Assembly: GCA_029975435.1 (NCBI GenBank)
Contig: JARKPC010000171.1
Location: 7,647-71,646, forward strand
Source of the DNA: Propionivibrio sp.
Lineage (GTDB): Bacteria; Pseudomonadota; Gammaproteobacteria; Burkholderiales; Rhodocyclaceae
Direction of reading: 5' to 3'
Length of the DNA stretch: 64,000 nucleotides
Positions 40,756 through 50,548 of this stretch are shown here, piece after piece (within the stretch, counting starts at the first letter, position 1; each line of letters begins with the position of its first letter). The translations under genes and the position numbers were made by a program. The notes under the pieces are model-generated. The model was not told the DNA's origin, did not search any database, and worked only from the letters and a program-made list of their open reading frames with translations.

Positions 40756-42921
40756 TTATTGCTGTTCGATGAAGAACGTCTCGATTCCGGTACGCATGAC
40801 ATCCGGCGATATGCCGAGTGCCCAGGCGGCGCCTACCGCGGCCAGTACGTTCTCGGTCTGCGGCACGTTCTTCCCGCCATCGGTGAGCGGGATGTCCTTC
40901 AGTTTGGCCAGCGAGATCTCACCTTCGCTGCTGGCCAGCATGATCTGGCCATAACGGACGATGACGGCACGCTTGCCATGTTCGAGATGCTCGGTAATGA
41001 CCGGCAATGACGGGTCGTAGGCGAAGAGGATGACCTCCCCGTCGCACAAGTCGGCCATCTCGACGAGCTCGGGTTCCCGTGCATTGAGGATCGCAGCGCC
41101 GGTCTTGAGCACCAGGTCAACCTGTGTACGCAGGATGTTGAATACCTGCTCCGGCGTATCGATGTAATGGCGCCCGATATGGCGATCGACATCGATGTTG
41201 GTGACGATCCCGATTTGACAGCGGTCGTAGGCCAAGCCTTCGGTGACGATGGTGTCGCTGCCGTTTTCAAAGACTGCCGCCTGGATGGCACGGTTCATCA
41301 AGATACGGTTGGCGTGTTCCCAGCGCGCGCAGTCGCCTTTTTCCGACTGGCGACGGTCCAGATACAGTCCATTGCTGCAGGCAAGGCCGGTATGCCGGCC
41401 CGAGAGGATAAGCATCCGCGCCACGAGCTGTGCCACCGTGGTCTTGCCGTAGCTGCCGGTGATACCGATGACTGGAATGCGCCCGGTGGCCTCGTTCGGG
41501 AACAGATGTTCCACGATGGCTTGTCCGACAGGGCGGGGCTTGCCCACGCCGGGCTTGAGGTGCATCAGCAGGCCCGGGCCGGCGTTGACCTCGACGATGG
41601 CGCCGCCCTGCTCGGCCAGCGGCTTGGAGATGTCTTCGACGACCAGATCGATGCCGGCGATGTCCAGCCCGACGATGCGCGCGGCGAGCGAGGCAATGGC
41701 CGCAGTTTCAGGGTGCACGTCGTCGGTGACGTCGAATTCATGGTTGGCATTGCGCTGGATCAGCACTTCGCGGCCTTCCTCGGGGATCGAGTCCGGGTCG
41801 AGTTTCTGGCGCGACAATTCAATGCGCGCCGCCGAATCCATGCGGATGTTGGACAGAGGATGGCTTTCGCTGGGGCCACGGCGCGGATCGGAGTTGATCT
41901 GTGTCTCGACCAACTCGCGCACCGTCTGCCGGCCGTCACCGATGACCTTGACCACGTCGCCGCGGTTGGCGGCAACGAGCTTGCCGCCGATGATCAGCAG
42001 GCGGTGCTCGGACCCGGGAATGGAGCGTTCTACGAGTACGCCGCTGCCTTCTTCGACAGCCACGCGGTAAGCCGTTTCAACTTCCTCGCGGCAGTGAATG
42101 TCGATGAACACACCGCGTCCGTGGTTACCGTCCACCGGTTTGACGCACACCGGCAGACCGATGTCCTGTGCTGCCTCCCAAGCGTCTTCGGGGCTGTCCA
42201 CTTCGCGCCCCTCGGGAACCGGGACACCGCAGCACTGCAGCAGGCTCTTGGTCAGGTCCTTGTCGCGCGAGATGCCTTCGGCGATGGCACTGGTACGGTC
42301 GGTCTCGGCCGTCCAGATGCGGCGCATGGCCGCGCCATAACCCAACTGCACGAGATTGCCGTTTTCCAGCAAGCGAATGTACGGTATGTGCCGGTCGTCG
42401 GCCGCATCGACGATACTGGCCGTCGAGGGGCCGAGGCAACGGGAATCGACCAGGTCGGCCAGTCGTTCGACTGCGGCTTCGACGTCGAAGGGGCGGTCTT
42501 CCATGGCCGCCATGATCAACTCGCGTGCCTCCTGCAGCGCCGCGCGCGTGACCTGTTCCTGCCAGGCGCGCACGACTACCTTGTAGACACCGCGCTCGGA
42601 TATCTCGCGTGCCTTGCCGAAACCGCCAGGCAGACCGGCGAGATTCTGCAGTTCCAGCGTGACGTGTTCCAGAATGTGCGCCGGCCAGGTGCCTTCCTCT
42701 ACGCGGCGCAGGAAACCACCGGGTTCGCCGTAGCTGCACCGGTGTTCGTACAGCGATGGCAGCATCGCCTTCAGCCGTTCGTAGTAGCCCGGAATGGTGT
42801 TCGAGGGGAAATCCTCGAGGTCGCCAATGTCGACGATGGCTTCCAGGACCGGGCGATAGGTCCACATATTGGGTCCGCGCAGGTGGCGGATTTCTCGGAA
42901 CTTGATGTCTTTGCTTGTCAT
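40756..42921 (-). CDS. cphA: Second cyanophycin synthetase-like protein (CphA', C-terminally short)
   Basis: LRGPNMW, HILEH, LGPSTASI, KPVDGNHGRG, EVNAGPG, GSYGKTT; ends before the PGRFN/DYGHN region. Confidence 0.85.
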   Translation of the reverse strand: MTSKDIKFREIRHLRGPNMWTYRPVLEAIVDIGDLEDFPSNTIPGYYERLKAMLPSLYEHRCSYGEPGGFLRRVEEGTWPAHILEHVTLELQNLAGLPGGFGKAREISERGVYKVVVRAWQEQVTRAALQEARELIMAAMEDRPFDVEAAVERLADLVDSRCLGPSTASIVDAADDRHIPYIRLLENGNLVQLGYGAAMRRIWTAETDRTSAIAEGISRDKDLTKSLLQCCGVPVPEGREVDSPEDAWEAAQDIGLPVCVKPVDGNHGRGVFIDIHCREEVETAYRVAVEEGSGVLVERSIPGSEHRLLIIGGKLVAANRGDVVKVIGDGRQTVRELVETQINSDPRRGPSESHPLSNIRMDSAARIELSRQKLDPDSIPEEGREVLIQRNANHEFDVTDDVHPETAAIASLAARIVGLDIAGIDLVVEDISKPLAEQGGAIVEVNAGPGLLMHLKPGVGKPRPVGQAIVEHLFPNEATGRIPVIGITGSYGKTTVAQLVARMLILSGRHTGLACSNGLYLDRRQSEKGDCARWEHANRILMNRAIQAAVFENGSDTIVTEGLAYDRCQIGIVTNIDVDRHIGRHYIDTPEQVFNILRTQVDLVLKTGAAILNAREPELVEMADLCDGEVILFAYDPSLPVITEHLEHGKRAVIVRYGQIMLASSEGEISLAKLKDIPLTDGGKNVPQTENVLAAVGAAWALGISPDVMRTGIETFFIEQQ

Positions 42922-43053
42922 GTGATAAGTGTCTGCAGCGAGCGGCAACGCGGGTGGTCGGAAGGAGTTAAGGCAGAGAAGTCGCAATTATGGGCCGAAT
43001 AACGCAGCTTGCGCCATTCCGCTTACACGGCTTGCGAACGCCGGAATCTGGCC

Positions 43054-43524
43054 TCAAAGGAAACGGTCGAGAATCTTGCGGCTGTGCGCATCGAGCGCCT
43101 GGCGATCGCGGATCAGGAACTGGATGCCGTTGCTGTCCGCGACGAGCAGGGCTGGCGGGACCAGGCGGCGGATGTCTTCCTCGCCCTTGAGGATCAGCTT
43201 CGTCTCTCCGCGGTTGGTGAGCACCGTCCAGGTGCTCGGCGTGGCGAAACTCGAGACGTCGACAATGCGTTCGATGACCGGCATGAATTCGCGGCTGGCG
43301 AGTTCGCTCTCGACCAGCAGACGCAGATCGGTGGGCAGTTCGTCCAAGCGGTCTATCCAGGCCAGTTCGTGGCCGTGCGGATCGACCAGCGCGATCCCCT
43401 CGTCCGGTGCGCCGATCGGGAAAGCGCGTACCGGAAGAGCCTCCACCGTCGCGCCCGCGCTGTCGGTGAAGATGAGGCGGCCGAAACTATCTCGGTGCAG
43501 TTGATAATTCGTTGTCGTGCTCAA
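43054..43524 (-). CDS. DUF1854 family protein
   Basis: PVRAFP, REFMPVI, WTVLTNRG, EEDIRRL, LDRFL pattern; TTGA overlap with the ABC gene. Confidence 0.75.
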   Translation of the reverse strand: MSTTTNYQLHRDSFGRLIFTDSAGATVEALPVRAFPIGAPDEGIALVDPHGHELAWIDRLDELPTDLRLLVESELASREFMPVIERIVDVSSFATPSTWTVLTNRGETKLILKGEEDIRRLVPPALLVADSNGIQFLIRDRQALDAHSRKILDRFL

Positions 43525-45851
43525 TCGCGTTCCCCTTTGCCATCGTCTTCCGCGCCATTACCGTTCAGTTCGGAGCCGCCTTCGGTATCGACGTTGCGGG
43601 CCTGCGCCTGATACAAGCGATAGTAGTGTCCCTCGCGTGCCATGAGGTCGGCGTGCGTGCCGATTTCAACGACGCTGCCGCGGTCCAGGACAACCAGCCG
43701 GTTGGCTTCGCGCAACGTCGACAGGCGGTGGGCGATGGCAATGGTGGTGCGGCCGCGCACCAGGTTGTCGAGCGCCTTCTGGATTTCCTTTTCGGTTGTC
43801 GTGTCGACGGACGAGGTGGCTTCGTCGAGAATCAGGATCTTCGGATCGATGAGCAGCGCGCGGGCGATCGAGATACGCTGGCGCTCGCCGCCGGACAGTG
43901 CCTGACCGCGTTCGCCAACCAGCGAATCGTAGCCGTGCGGCAGGCGCAGGATGAATTCGTGGGCGTGGGCGGCACGGGCGGCGGCAACGATCTCTGCGCG
44001 CGTCGCGTCGGGCTTGCCGTAGGCGATGTTCTCGGCGATCGTGCCGAAGAACAGGAATGGCTCCTGCAGTACCAGGCCGATGTGCCGGCGATACTCGGCG
44101 ACGGGAATCGAGCGGATGTCGACGCCGTCGATCAGGATGGCGCCCTCGGAAACGTCGTAGAAGCGGCAGATCAGGTTGACCATGGTGCTCTTGCCGGAAC
44201 CGCTGTGGCCGACCAGTCCGATCATTTCGCCTGGTTCGATTTTCAGGCTGATGTCGCGTGTGACGCTGCGCGTGCCATAGCGGAAACCCACATTGGCCAA
44301 TTCAATGCGCCCGGTGACGGCCGGCAGATGCACCGGATTGACCGGCTCCGGCACGCTGGAGACGTGGTCGAGTACCTCGAAGATGCGTTTGGCGCCGGCG
44401 GCGGCCTTTTGCGTGACGGAAACGATGCGGCTCATCGAGTCGAGGCGCGTGTAGAAGCGGCCGATATAGGCCAGGAAAGCCGTCAGCACGCCAACCGAAA
44501 TGTCGTTGCGGGAAATCTGCCAGATGCCGAAGGCCCAGATGATCAGCAGGCCGACCTCAGTGAGCAGGGTGACCGTCGGGCCGAACAGCGACCACACCTT
44601 GTTGACCTTGTCGTTGACTTCCAGGTTGTGCTGGTTGGCCGCGCGGAAACGCGCCGCCTCACGCTGTTCCTGGGCGAACGCCTTGACCACGCGGATGCCG
44701 GGAATGGTGTCGGCGAGCACATTGGTGACTTCCGCCCAGATGCGGTCGACACGCTCGAAGCCAGTGCGCAGCTTTTCGCGCACCGTGTGGATCAGCACGG
44801 CGATGATCGGCAGCGGCAGCAAAGTGACGAGCGCCAGCCAGGGGTTGATCGAGACCAGGATAGCCGTGGTCATGGCGATCATCAGCACGTCGGTGGCGAA
44901 ATCGAGGAAATGCAGTGAAATGAAGATGTTGATGCGGTCGGTTTCCGAGCCGATGCGCGCCATCAGGTCGCCGGTGCGCTTGCCGCCGAAGTATTCCTGC
45001 GACAGCTTGAGCAGATGTTCGTAGGTTGTTGTGCGCAGATCGCGTCCGATGCGCTCCGAGACCAGCGCCAGGATGTAGGTGCGCGCCCAGCCGAGGAACC
45101 AGGCCAGAACCGCGGCACCAAGCAGTCCCGAGAGATAGAGCGTGACCAGGGCGGTGTCGATCGGTTTGCCGTTCTGGTACGGGATCAGCACATTGTCCAT
45201 CAACGGCATGGTCAGGTACGGCGGCACCAGCGTCGCTGCCGTCGTGGCCAGCGAGAGGAGGAAGCCGGCGAGGAGTTGCCAGCGGTAGGGGTGGGCGAAG
45301 CGCCACAGGCGGAACAGTGTCCACGTCGAGGGCGGCGTCAGATCTTCCTTGCTGCACACCGGGCAGTCATCCTGTCCGGCGAGCAGCGGTGTCTCACATT
45401 TCGGGCACAGGGCCTGATGCGGGGAAGGCGGCAGGACGCCGGTGGCGTGGAACTCGATCTGCCGGTTGAAGTGCTCGATCAGGCGCCCGGCGGCGATGTC
45501 CTGGCCGAGCGTGTAGCGCCATTGCGCCAGGCGACTGTCGGCGTCGAAAAGTTCGAGGCTGCCAACGCCGGCGTGGTCGCGCCGAGTGAGCGTCAGCCCG
45601 GCGCACAGGCCGTGGCTTTGCCATTCGGCGTCGTCCTCCGTTCTGCTTAGGAGACGCTGGCTAGTCAGTACAACCAGCCCTTTGGCAAAGCGCAACTTGG
45701 CGTTGAGGTCGATTTCGAGCCAGGCCAGCACTCTTTCTTCGGTCTTGAGATGGGCTTCCACGACCGGCAGCCAGGCCGCAGGCAGGGGAATCTGGGAGTG
45801 CGATGGCAACGCGCCGCTGGCGACGGATGTCTTGGCTGTGCTCGGGGTCAT
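43521..45851 (-). CDS. ABC exporter (TMD+NBD) with N-terminal extension, cyanophycin-locus associated
   Basis: GHSGSGKST, LSGGERQR, ILDEATSSVD, IAHRLST; exporter-type TMD; N-terminal domain ending in CPKC...CPVC. Confidence 0.9.
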   Translation of the reverse strand: MTPSTAKTSVASGALPSHSQIPLPAAWLPVVEAHLKTEERVLAWLEIDLNAKLRFAKGLVVLTSQRLLSRTEDDAEWQSHGLCAGLTLTRRDHAGVGSLELFDADSRLAQWRYTLGQDIAAGRLIEHFNRQIEFHATGVLPPSPHQALCPKCETPLLAGQDDCPVCSKEDLTPPSTWTLFRLWRFAHPYRWQLLAGFLLSLATTAATLVPPYLTMPLMDNVLIPYQNGKPIDTALVTLYLSGLLGAAVLAWFLGWARTYILALVSERIGRDLRTTTYEHLLKLSQEYFGGKRTGDLMARIGSETDRINIFISLHFLDFATDVLMIAMTTAILVSINPWLALVTLLPLPIIAVLIHTVREKLRTGFERVDRIWAEVTNVLADTIPGIRVVKAFAQEQREAARFRAANQHNLEVNDKVNKVWSLFGPTVTLLTEVGLLIIWAFGIWQISRNDISVGVLTAFLAYIGRFYTRLDSMSRIVSVTQKAAAGAKRIFEVLDHVSSVPEPVNPVHLPAVTGRIELANVGFRYGTRSVTRDISLKIEPGEMIGLVGHSGSGKSTMVNLICRFYDVSEGAILIDGVDIRSIPVAEYRRHIGLVLQEPFLFFGTIAENIAYGKPDATRAEIVAAARAAHAHEFILRLPHGYDSLVGERGQALSGGERQRISIARALLIDPKILILDEATSSVDTTTEKEIQKALDNLVRGRTTIAIAHRLSTLREANRLVVLDRGSVVEIGTHADLMAREGHYYRLYQAQARNVDTEGGSELNGNGAEDDGKGERD

Positions 45852-46103
45852 GTTCCTTCTGGATCAAATGGATATCCGCCGGTGGTACGGCGGAAAATAG
45901 CCGACAAGTATACCCTTTCATGTGGGCAGGGAATTGTTGCAACTTGGTAACGGATGAGTCGTTGTTTCGGATGACCGGCGGGTAAAAATCGGCCCTTTGG
46001 TGACGTGTCGGCCTCTGAAGCGCTTTCTTGACTTCTTCACGATCGGGAATACCTTTAAAGCATCGCCTTGTACGTTCCGACGGGGCCCGTCGAAGGAGAA
46101 ATC

Positions 46104-47018
46104 ATGCACATTCCCGAATCCATGCTGCAGGGCAGCATTTGTCCGGTTACGGCTGTCATCGGGGCCGTGGGCGTCGTGGCTGCCTGCCATTTTGCCGGTA
46201 AGGTCCAGGAAAAACCGACGGCATCGAGGTTTGGCGCCGTCGCGGCCCTCATTTTTGCCGGGCAGATGATGAACTTTCCAATCATGCACGGAACATCGGG
46301 GCACTTGCTCGGGGGCGTGCTGGCGTCAAGTATGCTGGGTACGCCATTCGGAGTGTTGGCCATGACCGTGGTTGTGGCCATTCAAAGCCTGGTCTTCGCG
46401 GACGGTGGAGTCTCCGCTCTGGGCGCCAATATCCTGAATATGGCATTCATTGGCACCGGTGCCGGAGGTTTGCTGCGGTCCGCTCTTGCCGACAAATTGC
46501 GGGGAAATGCGGGAAAACTGGTTGCAACGGCCGTCAGTGCCTGGATGTCGGTTGTCCTGGCAGCGTTTGCCGTGGCTGTCCAGTTGGCGGTGGATGGGCA
46601 GATTGCATTTTTCGAGGTTGTTCCTGCGATGTTAGGGACACACTCCCTGATAGGCCTCGGAGAGGCGGCTATTACCCTGGCGGGGTGTGCTCTGGTTTCC
46701 GAAACCACCGTCGCCGGGAATGCGCGAGGAAAGGTGGCGATACCTTTCGTGACGGCACTGCTCGTAGCGTTGCTGCTAAGCCCGTTCGCTTCAGGGCTCC
46801 CGGACGGGCTGGAATGGGTGGCCAAGAACTACGGATTCCTGCATGAATCGGCGCCGGTTTTCGTCACTCCCTTGGCGGACTATTCGGTGCCACTGATTGG
46901 CAACGAGGCGTTGTCGACCGGATTGGCCGGTGCCGTCGGCGTGCTGCTGACCTTCGCCTTGGCGTCGATGATTCTGAGGGGGGTAGTCGCCTTCTCGTCT
47001 CGGAGAACGATCCCCTGA
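46104..47018 (+). CDS. cbiM: ECF S-component CbiM/NikM with PDGLE domain
   Basis: MHIP N-terminus, QMMNFP, GTSGHLLGG, FADGG, ASGLPDGLEWV; AAGGAG RBS. Confidence 0.88.
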   Translation: MHIPESMLQGSICPVTAVIGAVGVVAACHFAGKVQEKPTASRFGAVAALIFAGQMMNFPIMHGTSGHLLGGVLASSMLGTPFGVLAMTVVVAIQSLVFADGGVSALGANILNMAFIGTGAGGLLRSALADKLRGNAGKLVATAVSAWMSVVLAAFAVAVQLAVDGQIAFFEVVPAMLGTHSLIGLGEAAITLAGCALVSETTVAGNARGKVAIPFVTALLVALLLSPFASGLPDGLEWVAKNYGFLHESAPVFVTPLADYSVPLIGNEALSTGLAGAVGVLLTFALASMILRGVVAFSSRRTIP

Positions 47019-47303
47019 TTTTCCGCTAGATCGAGAACGGGCTGTTTTGCCAGCATCAGTTCGAGTTCCACGACCGCCGTCCGAGCAAGCGTGGTGACCT
47101 TCGTCGCAGTTGCGGCTGGCCGGGGGACGTTCATCCGGTCCGGGGAGTTGCATGATGCCGGCCGCGTGGTCCCGTCATTCGAAGCACGTCGGGGAAATCG
47201 CCTGGCGCGGTTATTTCCTCATGGTGCAGAAAGAAGCGTCTCTTCGTAGCGAATCGGTAGAGTCCGACATGGGGAGAAAATCGGCGTAAATTTGACTTGC
47301 GGA

Positions 47304-47340
47304 CGATAATTATTATCAGTTAGAATGCGAACCATTCTCA
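47304..47340 (+). promoter_or_regulatory. Tandem Fur boxes
   Basis: GATAAT-T-ATTATC palindrome (47305-47317) and AATGCGAACCATTCTCA (47324-47340) upstream of a feo operon. Confidence 0.8.
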
Positions 47341-47368
47341 CGGAACTTTTTTTATATCAGGAGATCGC

Positions 47369-48181
47369 GTGGTGGTTCGTACAATCAGTCATTTCGGCCA
47401 TGTTGTTGCTTTTCCGGCCATCGTTGCCGCCGTCGCGGCATTCTCTTTGCCTGCATCGGCCTTGCAGCCGTTGATAACCGACGACACGGGGACGCAGGGG
47501 GCGGGAGGCAACCAGCTGGAGGTGTCGTATAACCGCGATCGGACCAAGGTTGCGGGCGAGACGGAGCGGGTGCACACGGTCCCCCTGGTTTATACGTACG
47601 GATTGACCGATACGGTCGACATTTTTGCCAGCATCGCCTATTCCCGCATTCGCAACGACCTCCCCGGCGGCGACGCGAGCGGCCTGGGCAACACGGTGAT
47701 CGGCGCCAAGTGGCGCCTGTTCGAGAACGAAGAGAGCGGCACCAGCCTGGCCATCAAGCCGGAGCTGGCCGCGCCCGTCAGCTCACAGCGCGAAAGCGAT
47801 GGCTTGGGCACGGGCAAGACCTCCGGCAAGCTGACCTTCATCCTCAGCCAGGAAGTGCCTTTTGGTGCTGTTCATTTCAACGCCGGCGTGGGGCGTGACC
47901 GGTACCGTCATTCCGAAGACAACCCCAAGACCGACTACACGCGTTTTTCCGTAGCTCCGGTCTGGGAAGTGTCCGAGCAATGGAAGCTGGCGCTGGATCT
48001 CGGGACGGAATCCGCGCGCGCGGATGGAGAGACGGTGCGCTCGAAATTCGGCGAGATCGGCGCGATCTATTCGCCGAGCAAGGATCTCGACCTGGCGCTC
48101 GGCTACATCCGCACGACCGACGACGAGAGTCCGAAGTCGAAGACCCACAGCGTTACCGCCGGGCTGACCTGGCGTTTCTGA
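47369..48181 (+). CDS. Outer-membrane beta-barrel (MetA-pathway/phenol_MetA_deg-like 'transporter')
   Basis: Signal peptide ending ASA, PLITDDTGT motif, amphipathic strands, C-terminal TWRF; AGGAG RBS before GTG. Confidence 0.75.
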   Translation: MVVRTISHFGHVVAFPAIVAAVAAFSLPASALQPLITDDTGTQGAGGNQLEVSYNRDRTKVAGETERVHTVPLVYTYGLTDTVDIFASIAYSRIRNDLPGGDASGLGNTVIGAKWRLFENEESGTSLAIKPELAAPVSSQRESDGLGTGKTSGKLTFILSQEVPFGAVHFNAGVGRDRYRHSEDNPKTDYTRFSVAPVWEVSEQWKLALDLGTESARADGETVRSKFGEIGAIYSPSKDLDLALGYIRTTDDESPKSKTHSVTAGLTWRF

Positions 48182-48234
48182 TCACCCATGAGGCGGCCGG
48201 CGATGCCCGGCCCCTGTTGCGACAGGAGATTGAA

Positions 48235-48558
48235 TTGATAACGAATGAGCGTGGTATTTCATGTTCGACGCTGGACGAGGCCGCGATCGGAACGAACTTG
48301 GTCGTGTTGAAGGTCAATGCCCCGGCGCAGGCTCCGGAATGGGAGCGCTGGCTGGAAGAGATCGGCTTCATCACCGGTGAGCACGTGCGCCTGATGGCCA
48401 AGGCGATTCCCGGCGGCGATCCGATGGTCGTGCGTATCGGGCAGTCGACATTCGCCTTGCGTCGCGCCGAGGCGGCATGCGTCAGCGTGGTTCCGGTCGA
48501 CGCTCTGGCGTCCGCGTTGTCGCTTGATCGTATGGCCATCGAAGGGGGGCGGGTATGA
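48235..48558 (+). CDS. feoA: Ferrous iron transport protein A
   Basis: LEEIGFITGE, GDPMVVRIG, FALRRAEA; AGGAG RBS before TTG; overlaps feoB start. Confidence 0.85.
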   Translation: MITNERGISCSTLDEAAIGTNLVVLKVNAPAQAPEWERWLEEIGFITGEHVRLMAKAIPGGDPMVVRIGQSTFALRRAEAACVSVVPVDALASALSLDRMAIEGGRV

Positions 48559-50444
48559 ACCAGGCGGTGATCCACGTTCATCCGAGCGGGCCGTTGATGG
48601 CGCTGGTCGGCAATCCGAACTGCGGCAAGACGGCCCTGTTCAACCTGTTAACCGGAAGCCGCCAGAAGGTCGCCAACTACGCCGGCGTGACGGTCGAGCG
48701 CAAGGAAGGACGATTCACGACGGCATCCGGCAAGACAATCCGCGTGCTGGACTTGCCCGGTGCCTATAGCCTCTACCCGCGCTCGCCCGACGAGCGCGTG
48801 ACCTGCGATGTCCTGTTCGGCCGGGCTACCGGCGAGAAGCGGCCGGATCTGGTGGTGTGCGTCGTCGATGCCACCAATCTGCGCCGCAACCTGCGCCTCG
48901 CGCTGGCCGTCAAGCGGCTGGGGTTGGCCTGTGTGGTGGCCCTGAACATGACCGACCTGGCGGAAAAACGTGGCATCCGGATCATTCCCGAGGCGTTGGC
49001 GGCGGAGCTCGGCATGCCGGTGGTCAGCACGGTTGCCGTGCAGAGCAACGGCGTCGAGTCGCTCCTGGCGCTGGTGGAGGACCAGAGTGTATGGCATGCG
49101 GGTCCGGCGGCGACCGAGGCGGACAGTCAGGCCACCGAACATGGCGATCATGTGGCCGTGCGCCGGATTCTGCAAAAACTCGGTCTCGACGAGATCATCC
49201 CGCATACGCCGAGCGACCGCATCGACCGTTTTGTGCTGCATCCCGTGCTGGGGCCGGCGCTGTTGGCCGCGGTGCTTTTTCTGGTGTTCCAGGCCGTGTT
49301 CTCCTGGGCGGAAGTGCCCAAGGAGTGGATCGAGGCAGGCACTTCCGCGGTCGGTAACCTGGCGGGAACCTATTTGCCCGATGGCTGGCTGAAGAGTCTG
49401 ATCGTGGATGGCGTCATCGCCGGGGCCGGCGGAGTGCTGGTGTTCCTGCCGCAAATTCTCATCCTTTTCTTTTTCATCCTGGTGCTGGAAGAGTCGGGCT
49501 ATCTGCCGCGAGCGGCCTTCCTGCTCGACCGGTTGATGGGCTGGGTCGGCCTCTCCGGGCGGTCGTTCATTCCGATGCTCTCGAGTTTTGCCTGCGCGAT
49601 TCCGGGAATCATGGCGGCGCGCACCATCGGCAATCCCCGCGACAGGCTGGTAACGATCCTGATCGCGCCACTGATGACCTGCTCCGCCCGCCTGCCCGTC
49701 TACGCCTTGCTGATCGGGGCGTTCATCCCGCAGCAGGAAGTGTGGGGCCTGTTCCAGTTGCAGGGCGTGGTGCTGTTCGTCCTGTACATCGCCGGGATCG
49801 TCGGGGCGATGGGCGTGGCCTGGGTGCTCAAGCGTTTCACCGCGGCCGGACGTCAGGTGCGCCCGCTGATGATGGAACTGCCGAGCTATCACCTGCCGAC
49901 GGTGCGCAACGTCGGGATCGGTCTGTGGCAGCGTGCGATGATCTTCGTCAGGCGGGTCGGCGGCATCATCCTCGTTTCCACCGTCCTGCTGTGGTTTCTG
50001 GCCAGCTATCCGGCAGCGCCAGAAGGGGCCGAGGAATCCGCCATCGAGTACAGCTTTGCCGGGCAGATGGGCAAGGCCATGTCCGTCGTTTTCGAGCCGA
50101 TCGGCTTCAACTGGCAGCTCAGCGTGGCCCTGATTCCGGCCATGGCTGCCCGGGAAGTGGTCGTCAGCGCTTTGGGCACGGTGTATTCGTTGTCGTCCGA
50201 CGACAAAGAGGCGACGGAAAAGGCGCTCGGCGAACACATTTCCGATTCGTGGAGCCTGGCGACGGCGCTGGCCATGCTGGCCTGGTTCGTCTTCGCCCCA
50301 CACTGCCTGGCCACGCTGGCCGCGGTCAAGCGCGAAACCGGCGGCTGGCGCATGCCGATCGTGATGACGGCTTACCTGTTCTGCTTGGCGTATCTGGCGG
50401 CGTTCGTTACCTACCGGGTCGCTCTCGGGTTCGGACTGGGGTGA
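48555..50444 (+). CDS. feoB: Ferrous iron transport protein B
   Basis: GNPNCGKT, NYAGVTVE, DLPG, NMTD, LEESGYLPR, CSARLPVY. Confidence 0.95.
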   Translation: MNQAVIHVHPSGPLMALVGNPNCGKTALFNLLTGSRQKVANYAGVTVERKEGRFTTASGKTIRVLDLPGAYSLYPRSPDERVTCDVLFGRATGEKRPDLVVCVVDATNLRRNLRLALAVKRLGLACVVALNMTDLAEKRGIRIIPEALAAELGMPVVSTVAVQSNGVESLLALVEDQSVWHAGPAATEADSQATEHGDHVAVRRILQKLGLDEIIPHTPSDRIDRFVLHPVLGPALLAAVLFLVFQAVFSWAEVPKEWIEAGTSAVGNLAGTYLPDGWLKSLIVDGVIAGAGGVLVFLPQILILFFFILVLEESGYLPRAAFLLDRLMGWVGLSGRSFIPMLSSFACAIPGIMAARTIGNPRDRLVTILIAPLMTCSARLPVYALLIGAFIPQQEVWGLFQLQGVVLFVLYIAGIVGAMGVAWVLKRFTAAGRQVRPLMMELPSYHLPTVRNVGIGLWQRAMIFVRRVGGIILVSTVLLWFLASYPAAPEGAEESAIEYSFAGQMGKAMSVVFEPIGFNWQLSVALIPAMAAREVVVSALGTVYSLSSDDKEATEKALGEHISDSWSLATALAMLAWFVFAPHCLATLAAVKRETGGWRMPIVMTAYLFCLAYLAAFVTYRVALGFGLG

Positions 50445-50548
50445 TGCGGGCAGTCAGCGATCGAATCCGGTGGACCGGGTTTGTAGCGTCTGGCGCATAG
50501 GCGCGCGAGGGCTGGCTGCTCGTCCGGCGGGGAGGCGAGGCGGAGGTT

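Noticed and set aside
45900-46100. Cobalamin or NiCo riboswitch upstream of cbiM
   Set aside because: Could not find the B12-box/GCCACTG core or a convincing four-way junction.
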